From NCBI RefSeq assembly GCF_009914755.1, contig NC_060925.1: a stretch of DNA of 64,000 nt. The stretch is one strand, 5' to 3'. The notes under the pieces are model-generated. The model was not told the origin of the DNA. It did not search any database and saw only the letters and a program-made list of their open reading frames with translations. Of the stretch, positions 53,520 to 64,000 are shown piece after piece. Each line of letters opens with the position of its first letter. The stretch's first letter is position 1. The position numbers were made by a program, and so were the translations under genes. Source of the stretch: the human T2T-CHM13v2.0 reference genome, Homo sapiens.

Positions 53520-54187
53520 TTGGCTTTTTCCCTGTCATTGGCCATTTGCTGCCTGCTTCACCAGACGTGTTTTGAGCATGTTTGCATAAAGTGGATGCAG
53601 GCTGCAATTCCGTGATGAATTCTATGAATACTAATCTGCTACTACCCTTGACCTTGGGGTCACCGAAAGATCAAAACCAAACCATTTAATATTTTCCTTT
53701 TGCAGATCAATAGAAGCATAAATTCCCCCTCAATGACAAGTATAATTTCAAACAGATCTATAGAACGCATGCATGCATTTCCAGCCAGGGACACTCACTG
53801 CCTGCTTTGCCTTTTGGGGAGCAGACGAGGAGTTTCTTGCCTTTTCTACCATTGAATTTCTTTTTGCCTTTTTTTATGGCACTGAAATGCTATTTTCAGC
53901 AGCTGCTGTCATATAAATATCTCTTGTTTTTCTTCTCCTCTTTCCCTCCTGGTGAAAAGGGCAGGGGACCTATTGAAAATTCCGCTTTATCTCTTTCAGT
54001 CGGGTTCAAGTACAGGTCGAATAATCGATCCCTCCTCCTTTTCTCTTTTAAGTTTCCTGTCGTTCTTTTGGCCAGATCAGCAGCGGAGAGAAATCAGGAG
54101 GGCAGCTCGCTTTATGGAGATCTTCTCAGAGTGTCTATATTGCTGTATTTGTGTGCGTGTTTGCGTGTGCGCGTGTGGGATCTGCAG

Positions 54188-54221
<34 letters not shown>

Positions 54222-55480
54222 CTTTGTGCACCTGACGATAAACACTTGCTCCAGTTCAAACTCTCGCCCAGAACTCGAGGAGAGAGAAAACAGAAAATCA
54301 CCAAAGAGAAAAAGTTAAGGGCTGGAGCGGGCATTGTTAACCCTTGCAGAGCTTCCAGACAGAGCTGGGGTGGGGCTGGGAACATCTCCTAGCTGGACCT
54401 GCTGTCCTTCCTCTGAGAACCACGTTCACCTCTGTGTGCATCTCCCCTAAGCTCCTGAGTCTTTTCTTGAATACAGCTCCAAGAAGGGAAAAAAAGATGC
54501 AAAAAGAAGAGAGAGAGAGAAAAAAACAAAATAGGAGGCAGAGTGGGGGAAAAGCAAAAGAAAAGAGAAAAGAGAATTAAACCATTAATCTGCCTGGATT
54601 TTCCACTTCATAGAGTAATCAGTTTGGAAGAGACTGAAATAAAGTGGAATGTATGATTGCCATCACCTCCTCCCTCCAGTCCCCATTTCTTATTTACAGA
54701 AACACAAGGAGCTAGGAAGGCGTCCCCTCTGCCCTACACAAAGGCCCCCAGTGTCCGCTCCAGGAGGGGACAAGGACCCCAGCCCTCAGCCAGAGCTACC
54801 CGCTGCCTCAACACCCATGTGGCATCCTCTCTGAGCTGGAGGTGCAAAGCCAAGATGATTTAATTTATCGAAAGGACAAGGATGTCGTGTAGCAGATTTA
54901 ATCATCGGAGAGTTTAAAAAAAAAATAAGGACCGGGCTAATGTCGTAATTTACATTTCAGGATAATAAAGAGAGAAAGACAGAAAAGGAAGGGGCCTGTA
55001 GCCTGCAAGGGGAGCAGGGAGGGGAGAAGGACCAGGGGGCCGAGGGAGCCCAATAGATTTGCCTGAAACACCAATAAATTTAAAAACAAACCCAGAAAGC
55101 TAAAGACAGCCCCTGGAAAGTGCTGGGAAAATGGACCATCGATTTTAGACTTGATCTGCATTTCGTATTTTAATAATGCTCTCTCTGTCTTTCCTTTTCT
55201 CTCTCTCCCTCTCTCCCTCTCTCTCTCTTTTGCAAAATATAAAAGCTGATCTGATAAATATTAATTTGAACCATCATAATGTATTTGAAAATTCCAGCTA
55301 AAATGTCACCACATGGAACATTAATGTAATATTTCAAGGCCCTGAGAGCAATACTCATATTGATTGCATTTATTTCACTCTAGGGAGGAGAGATAATTCT
55401 TCAATGTGGGACACATCTGGGAGCCAAGGAGGCAGAGGCTGAGGGGAGAAATGCGAAATTATATATGGTCATAAAAAATA
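53520..55480. promoter_or_regulatory. Transposon-free promoter/CNE-like block
   Basis: Dense TAAT/ATTA motifs, CCAAGGTCA site, DR5-like site, TATAAA, splice-donor and ATG candidates; no TE recognised. Confidence 0.6.
54190..54219. repeat. (GT)n microsatellite
   Basis: Read directly. Confidence 0.95.
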
Positions 55481-55675
55481 CAAAACAGAAAATCCTCCCC
55501 AAAACTCTCTCCTCACCCATGGTGCCCCGCACCCAAACTTGCCATTTTCATTTCCCAGAGTAGCCTGGGGCCCGCGGGAAAGGCAGAAGCCCAGGGCCCT
55601 CCGGGACCGCGGTTGCGGGATTGAGAGCGGAGCAGCCTCTCCCAGGGCCCCACTGTGTAAGCCTGCCTTGGCCAG

Positions 55676-55720
<45 letters not shown>
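55676..55720. repeat. (GACA)11 microsatellite
   Basis: Read directly. Confidence 0.95.
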
Positions 55721-55721
<1 letters not shown>

Positions 55722-55794
55722 GGGGCTGCCCACTGGAGCCTCCAGCTCGCTGGGTGAAAGTTTGTGAATGCCCAAGAGCTGTGAGGTCCTGGGA

Positions 55795-56070
55795 ATGGGG
55801 AGAGAAGAAGGAAAGGAGGGGAGGGGAGAGAAGAGAGGAGAGGAGACAGCTGAGAGAAAAAGGAAAGAAAGAAAAGAAGAGGAAAGATACCAGGACCCAA
55901 GGGAGAGGAGGGGAGAGGAAAGGAGAGAGGCAAGCAGGAGTGAGGGAGAGAGAGGGGAGAGGAACGGAACGAGGAGAGAGAGAGTGAGAAGGAGAGAGGG
56001 GACATGAATCAGGAGAGAAGGAGGAAGGAAGAGTGAGCCGGGAGGGGAGAGGACAGGAGAGGCGGAGGCG
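55795..56070. repeat. GA-rich polypurine tract
   Basis: Almost pure G/A for ~270 bp. Confidence 0.85.
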
Positions 56071-56739
56071 GGGTGGGGGGCTCGGGCTGGGCCGTCTGGA
56101 GTCCCAGCTCCTCTCACTGTCATTAAGGATATTGATGTGCTCAGGCGTCAATGAGTCTTTGTACAAGTGAAAGGAAATCCGATGCTTGTGACCCTGAGCC
56201 CACGCCCTCCACCTGCCCCCCAACCTGCCCCCCCACCTGCCCCCCCACCAGCCCCGGCCCTGGAGCTGAGGGCTGGGAGGCCGAGGGACCAAGCCCCCCA
56301 CCAGGGGCTGAGCTGCTCAGACTCCAGGATCCCAAGTTTCCCCAGCCCAGCGCCCCGTGCAGGAGTGGGGAGGGGGGGCACCTTGAACCTGACCCTTCTG
56401 ATGCCCAGTGCCCAGGGCCCCAGAGCTTACTGGCTGCTGTAACCAGAAGAAGGCTGGGCAGGAACCCCATCTCAGGGCCTCAGCCCGCAGCAGGGTCTCC
56501 CCAAGACCCTCCTCCTTGCTTCTCAGGATGTGTGTAGGTTTTGGGGTGCTGACTTTTACAGCACCTTTAGAAGGCCAGGGGCCGGGCAGAGAGAAACTCC
56601 AGTGGCCCAGGGACTGGCCAAGGTCAGGCCCCTCTTTGCCAGTAGTGTCTCTGCACAAACGTCACCTCCCTGGCCATCCGAACAGCCCCAGCCGAGTTTT
56701 ATTTTCTGCAGAGCGCTCGCCTGGAATTATCTTCCTTGT

Positions 56740-57420
56740 CTGTTTACATGCTTTGGATCGGCATCCCACCCCCGCAACCTTTGAATGTAAGTTTGAGAAC
56801 GATGGGGCCGCGCCTACCTTGCTCCCCATCACATCCCCCGCCCCTCACGCTGAGCCAATGCTCCCTCTGCCCCAGCTGACTCGATGGAGGACGGACAGAC
56901 GGACGCTGCAGCCTCCGCCCTCCGCTCGGCCAGCCCCCCGCCTGAGCCCGCTTCGAGGCCGGGTGACCCAGCCTCGCCCCCACCCCGGGACCCCTCCCAA
57001 CCCCCGCCGCCCCCGCAGCCGCTCGAGGCTGCGCGCCCCCGCCTCCCCGGATCCGTCACTCGCGGAGCTGCCACAATATTGTGAAGGCTCCGCGCTCCCG
57101 CTCCGCGGCGCAGCCCGCAGCCCGCGCGGGGGCCGTGAGGGAGGCGCGGGCGGGCGGGCGCCGGCGATGAATAATGCATGACCAAGGCGCCCCCTACCGG
57201 CGGCCGCGGGCGGCGCGGGGACGGCCCCGCCGCGCCCGAACCCGGCCGGACCCAGGACCCGCACGTGTCCCTGCCCACCCGGGAGGGAGCTCCTGCCTCT
57301 ATCCCCGCCTCAACCCCGACCCGGCCAGGCCCTCCTCCCCCACCCTCCACGTCAGGGGAGCAGCCTCCTACTCACGCCAAGACCGAGGAATGAGTTTGGG
57401 GAGGCGGGGGAGGCTGCACA
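56740..57420. promoter_or_regulatory. CpG island
   Basis: Very high GC and CpG density (cgcgcggg, gcggccgc, ggcgcgggcgggcgggcg). Confidence 0.88.
57185..57203 (-). promoter_or_regulatory. CTCF-like motif
   Basis: Minus strand reads CCGCCGGTAGGGGGCGCCT, close to the CTCF core CCASYAGRKGGCRS. Confidence 0.6.
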
Positions 57421-58879
57421 GAGCCCAAGCCAGAGCCCCTTCTTGTGCTCCCGGGTTCGCGGTGCAGTGGGGACCAGGACCCCCCCATTCCGTCTCACCC
57501 TCACCCCAGGGCTTCTGGACCAGGACTTGCAGCCTCAGAGAAGGACAGGCTCGGAAGGACAGAGCAGAGAAGGAGATTTCATTCGTTTATAAAAATGAGT
57601 ACAAACAATTTCATAAGAGTTTCCAAGTTTCTGCAGAATATTTACAACGTTGAGATATGAAGGCTTTTTTTTTTTAAGTTCAAATGAAATACGGGAAAGC
57701 CCACTGTGTATAGATGGGTCTGTGTGGTTTTAGAATAAGGGTCCGGGAAGTGTCTTCCTGGGGTCTTCTTGGTGGGAGGATTGGATCTTCTTGGCTGCAG
57801 ACGATCTGCTTGGGTGGTAGAGGACACGGTGGGGGGAGCGATGACCAAGAGCAGGCCCCCGCCGGGCTTGGAGTGTCCCCTAAGATGCCTGTGTTCTCTG
57901 GGGATCAGCCTGCACGCAGTCGCCTGTTCTTCAAGCCTGCCAGTCCTGCTAACAGGCAGGTAATGAGGAGAGCAGAGGCCTCTTTCAGGCAGCTGCTTTA
58001 GCTCCCAATCACGCAGGCCCCTGGGGAGCTGGGCCAGCCTCTCGGCCTCATGGCCTCTCCTCACTGAGAACAGATTCTAATGACACCCCCCTTCCATCCC
58101 CCGTGGTTCCTGCTGTGCCCTGACTCCCTGCCCAGCCTTAATAAGCCAGAAGGCAGAAACAACCATCACAGGGGCTGGGGACCCAGGGCCATTTGTTGAG
58201 CATCTGCTGAGATGCTGGCTCGTGTTGAGATCTCTCGTCCCAGCAACACTCCACACATTCAGATTGCAAGCCCCATATTACAGATGAGGAAAGCAAGGCC
58301 CAGAGAGGTGCGGCCATGGGCCAAAGATCACACAGCTGCTCAGAGATGAGCCAAGAGGCGTGGAGCTGGGCAGAGGAACTCCATCCCCCCACCCAGACGC
58401 TGCTTTGTGTCCCGGACCCCATGTCCAGGAGATCAGATTCAAACCTTGCGCTGGGCTACAAGCCCTCCCCATTGGAGCAGCAGTTGGTCTGCGTCACTAA
58501 AAATGAGTTGCAAACTCAATTGCCCTGGGCCTAGACTGGCAAGGCAAATGCATGAAGTGGGCCACACATGCAAACACGTGGTTCCCACAAGAGTTTCCCA
58601 AATCGTTTGGCTCTTAAGGAAACAACGGTTTAAGGTGATGATATCTGACAACCATTAGCAACCTTTGCCCTGGAATCTTGCTCCTTCAGGCGAGGCCTGG
58701 ATTCCAGCCCCTATGTGCCTTTTGCTTGGCTCTGTTACCTTGACCAAGGAGTCTTACCTCTCTGTTCCTTCATCTGTAAACTGGAAATAAAAACTCTACC
58801 TGTGTCCCAGGGGGGTGCATGGGCCAGAAGAGAGGAGGGATGTGTAGAGTCCCGCAGGACGGCCCAAGATAATTCTGTC

Positions 58880-59285
58880 TGCTAAGATAATTCTTGTTAG
58901 TAAGTTGGGGGTCTCACCCCTCCTTTATTTGGGCGTGATCCCCAAAGAAAACGGTAAGAGAGAGGGGAGGCAAAATGCAGGAAGCCGTGTCACAGGCCAG
59001 TTCCTGTGTGGGTGGCCGGTCCTCAGCTCACCTGGGGACCCTGCAGAGCCTGCGGATCTCCGCTCCAGACTGTCCCAAGAGGTGTTGGGAGCGGGGAGGA
59101 GGTACTTATTTATCCACTAACTGTCATCTGTCATTGGTTGAAAGTCACAGGGGGCCAAGCTTGCTCCTATGGCCAGAGAGATGTCCTTGGGGAACTTGAG
59201 TTGGAGTGACGGGAACTGTCAGTAGAAGCTGCAGATGCCCTCTGGGTAGACCAAAGGATATGATGGGGGCCCAGTGCCCACTCGG
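58880..59285. mobile_element. Old MaLR/ERVL-type LTR relic (MLT1/LTR16/LTR33-like)
   Basis: ttatttatccactaactgtcatctgtcattggttga and caaaggatatgatggggg motifs. Confidence 0.45.
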
Positions 59286-59844
59286 GTGGTCTCACGCCTG
59301 CCAGCTACACTTGTCATCAGCAGTGCCCACCTTGGCTGTACAGGCTCTGGAGCCAGCATTGGGCCAGATTCAGCCCCAGCTCTCTTAAAGGGGAGGGAGG
59401 ATGCTCACTTTTCCGTAGAATGCGTGAAATGAGAGCTGGGGGAGACAGGTGGGCTCCTTGCCTTTTAGGAGCCAGACACAGGAGTATTCAGTTCAGCCTG
59501 GAGGCTCAGAAGCCTTCCTGGAGGAGATGACATTTTCCCAGCAGAACTCTGAGCTGAAACTCAGTTCTCTGTGCTGGGGCCTAGAGGGACCTCACCCCCC
59601 CAACTGTCCCTTGTCACCAAAGCTGCTTCTGGCCGTGGTAACTAATGTCACACTGCTACGGCTGGAGTGGGGAGGTGTCTCTGCCTCTCCCATCATCCTG
59701 GACTCCAGGACAGCTGTCCTCCAATCCAGACTCTGTCCTGCCCCTGGTGCTCCTGGGTGCAGGGTAGACTCTTTTTCTTGAGAGGGGGTTAGGGAGGAGA
59801 GAGGGTAGTTCTGAGCCTAGGACCTGAGGGGCTACCTGAGGTTA

Positions 59845-60022
59845 GCCAGCAAAGTTTTCAGAACTTTAAACAAGCCTGGGGAGCTTGTTTAAAATATAGA
59901 CACAGATCCCACTCAGATCTCTATGCCCAGAGCATCCAGGCAGGGATTGGAAGTTCTGCATTTTTAAAGCAAGCATCCAGGGCCTCCTCATGCAGTTGGT
60001 GGATTTGGGTTGGGGACCCATT
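59845..60022. mobile_element. MER5A-like DNA transposon relic
   Basis: cctggggagcttgtttaaaat...tctgcatttttaaagcaagcatccag. Confidence 0.7.
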
Positions 60023-60479
60023 CTCCTGCTCTGTGCTGAGCTACTAGTCATCTCTCCCCACCTCGTGGAAATCACCACCACAGACTTTCTATGGTTGTGA
60101 GCTCCTGGGGCAACCCCTCCTTGGCCATCCCTGTATAGTCCCTCCTTAAACACCCCTTCTCACTGGGAGCTAGGGCCAAGCAAAGAGGGTAGTGGGGAGG
60201 ACAGAACCTCCCCAGGGATCAACCTCTGAGAGCTCCACTCTGCAAAGACCCTCCCACCTCTGTTCCCTGGAGAGCATGGGGGCTCCTCCTCCACTGAATC
60301 TATGACCTCCCATTCATTCATGTGCATGGATCAAATTTTGGAAATGCAATTAATTACCTGTTGTTGTATCTGCTTGAATTATTGTCATGTTTTCTATGCA
60401 CTTTATACAACTTAATAAACAGTTGAGGAAACAAGATCTTGGTGGGACCAAGGCTCAGGAGAAGCTGAGCCCTTTCCAT

Positions 60480-60800
60480 CATCATTCATGATCAAATCCA
60501 TTCATTCTTTCTGTCGTTTGCTCATTCATTCATTCATCCAGTCAGTCATTGATTCATTCACTCAGTCCTTCATTCATTTGGATATTCATTTACTCATTCA
60601 TTCATTCACTTATCCAGGGAATACTTGTTAGCATAGTCACGTGACAAGCTCCAGGACAGGTGCCAGGAAGCAGTGGTAAATAAAACGACAAGGTCCTTGC
60701 CTTAGAAGAGCTGACAATCTGGTGGAGAGACAGACAATAAATACATGCAATGGTTATAAAAAAGAGCTGGGAAAGTCAGGGAGGACTTCTTGGAGGAGGC
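60480..60800 (-). mobile_element. L2 3' end with (CATT)n tail
   Basis: ttcattcattca repeats, then gtaaataaaacgacaaggtccttgccttagaagagctgacaatctggtgg. Confidence 0.75.
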
Positions 60801-61092
60801 AACATTTAAATCCACTCCCTGATTTATTCATTTCTTTATTCATCCATTTAGGCAGAGCAGACTCTGTTCCTGGAGAGGGCAAGAGATGGATGGCCCAGTG
60901 CCGAGGAGCCAAGACTCAAGGAAAGAGTCAGCCAGCAACCAAATTATTATAACGCAATGAGGAAACATGGTGGGGAGGAAGGAACCAAGACAGATGAGAG
61001 GGCAGAGGCTGGGGAAATGGCTGGGGGCGGGGGTTTCTTGGGAGGAGGCACTGAGCAGGTCTTCTGGGACCTATAGAAGGTGAGTGCTCTGA

Positions 61093-61806
<714 letters not shown>

Positions 61807-62519
61807 TAGTGTTGGGCACAGCAGTCGTGGCATGGAAAAGGAGGAGGAGGAGGTCTGATGACTAAGGCCTCCTGGGTCCCAGTCCCCCTGAGCTGACTCT
61901 GATTCTTGGCTTGGAGTCAGAGGGGGCTTGGTAAGGCTGGGCCTTGGAGAAGAAGCAGAAGTTTATCAGTCAGAGGAGGACACTCCAAGACCAGCTCCGC
62001 CATATGCAAAGGCCTAAATGCAGGAGGGAGCTGGCACACTTGGGGAGCGGGAAAGGCCCAGCATTGTGGCAGAAGATGGTGCCTTAGGCCCCAGAGGTGG
62101 AAGATGAGGTAGCTGGATCCCAGGCAGCCATGGGGCAGCACTGAGGAGGGGCCTGAGCAAAGTCCTGAGATCAACTGGGAGCTATGGATGGTCTGCAAGC
62201 TGCGGAAGCACCTGCCAGAAGTGGGTATCTCATGTTTGTTTATAAATGTGTTTGGGGATATAACAATGAGCTAGCCATGGCCTCTGCAGTCAAATCACCA
62301 GCCATAACTCCAAGGGGAAAACAGTCAGAGCCCCAGGCCAGGGCAAGATCGGGTGGTAAGAGCCATCAGGATGACCCCTCCAGGTGGCCAGGAGTCCAGA
62401 GGAGAGGATTAGGCTTGGGAAAGAAAAATTCAAAGCCAGTAACACCCTAGTGTTTACCAGGTCCTTCCTCCTCGGCAGGGGCTTCCCATTCATCACCCCA
62501 TTAATAATAGTAATCGTGG

Positions 62520-62750
62520 GAGCAGCCGCTGCCTAATAACTTAACACTTACTTTGTGCCAGCTTCTTTCTGTTCCAGGTGTTTTTACCCATATTAATTGC
62601 TTTAATCTTCACAACAACCCTATGAGGTGGGTACTATGATCACTGTCCCCATTTGACAGATAAGGACATGGAGGCTCAGAAGCTGAGTGGCCTCTCCAGG
62701 GAATAAGTGGCTGAACCAGAATACTCACCGAGATCTTCCTAATTCCACGG
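62520..62750 (-). mobile_element. MIR
   Basis: tttaatcttcacaacaaccctatgaggtgggtact...cccatttgacagataaggacatggaggctcaga. Confidence 0.85.
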
Positions 62751-63250
62751 TCCATGCTGGCTTCATTTTGCCCCACACTCCATCAAGGGAGGGGCTGGGG
62801 CAGGGGTGTGGGGCATGGGCCCAGGGTCCCTGTGAGGAGCTGCAACCTGGAGTGCTCCTGTCCCCGTCCCCTCCCCTCAGGCTGCCTCGGGCTGCGTTCC
62901 TCCTCTGCTGATTGAGGCTGGTGTTTTATGAACCCAGAACCGCAGCAAGATTCTCCTATTAATTTATTGGTATTGCTAATTAAACATCATATTCGCAAAT
63001 GTAAATTTCCTAATGGCCTCCCTTCCATTTCTGAAGTTTCCTAAAAGAGCCTTCTTGTTATGGTTGTCAATTGAAACCAATTACATCTCACCAGATGGGT
63101 GGGCTGCAGCTGGCTCAGGGGTCACTGGGTCTGGAGGGGATCAGGGGCCCCTGGACGGGGTCTGGCTGGGGCCCTCTTTGACCTCAGGGGAGAATAGGAA
63201 CAGGGGAACGTTGGGGAAGCGAAGTAGAGTAAGCCCAGCCCCAAGCTCTT

Positions 63251-63364
63251 GGGTGTCAGCCTCCTTCTTCTCGCTGATTGGGTGACAGCCTCCTTCTTCT
63301 CCCTGATTGGGTGTCAGCCTCCTTCTTCTCCCTGATTGGGTGTCAGCCTTCTTCTTCTCCCTGA
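63251..63364. repeat. 29-bp minisatellite, ~4 copies
   Basis: gggtgtcagcctccttcttctccctgatt tandem units. Confidence 0.95.
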
Positions 63365-63649
63365 CATGCCCCCAGTCTGGTTGCTGGCCTGGGCCTGTGG
63401 CTGTTTGCAACGCTATGTCAAGGAGGCCAGGGCTAGGATGAGGAGGCAGCGTGGAGGAGAGAATACTAGAATGAGCAAATGTCAGTGCTTAGAGGGACCT
63501 TAGAGATTTTCCAGTCTAACCCCCCATTTGAAACATGGAGAAACTAAGGCACAGTGGAGGAAGTGACTTGCCCAGGGCTGCAGAGTCAATCACTACAGGA
63601 GCTGGGACCTAAACAGAGATCTGCTTCTGATCCCTTTGAAAATCTGATG

Positions 63650-63973
<324 letters not shown>

Positions 63974-64000
63974 CTACTCCAGACAAATGTGTTCCCTGCA

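Noticed and set aside
57061-57094. Possible pre-miRNA hairpin
   Set aside because: Stem too short and essentially loopless; no mature miRNA recognised.
53520-57420. Assigning a gene name to the promoter-like block
   Set aside because: No coding exon or transcript sequence that I recognise; BLAT is required.
55469-57653. Longest ORFs in the window (257-262 aa)
   Set aside because: Low-complexity or CpG-island sequence lacking stops by composition; overlapping ORFs in many frames; no recognisable domain.
63251-63364. CRISPR-like 29-bp repeats
   Set aside because: Units are contiguous with no unique spacers, and the context is eukaryotic.

Overview
Primate (human-like) GC-rich non-coding genomic DNA. 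I could not support any protein-coding exon, RNA gene or CRISPR array, and I cannot name the locus. The ORF track is explained by Alus, simple repeats and GC-rich chance ORFs. The window holds about 33 Alu elements, many MIR and L2 fragments, an old antisense L1M block (about 33.5-37.8 kb), hAT DNA-transposon relics and a four-level nested insertion (CAC repeat > solo LTR > MST LTR > Alu). Large simple repeats include (CTTT)40, a TCAY array and a 1.1-kb CAC/CAT array. About 15 short, repeat-free, AT/TAAT-rich islands look like developmental enhancers. They culminate in a repeat-free 53.5-57.4 kb block with promoter and exon-like signals and a CpG island. The most concrete unusual structures are a 309-bp, ~98% identical inverted duplication at 1.1-2.1 kb, a tail-to-tail nested inverted Alu pair, and small templated duplications. 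No new biological system can be claimed from sequence alone. Repeat subfamily names and many boundaries are by-eye estimates.
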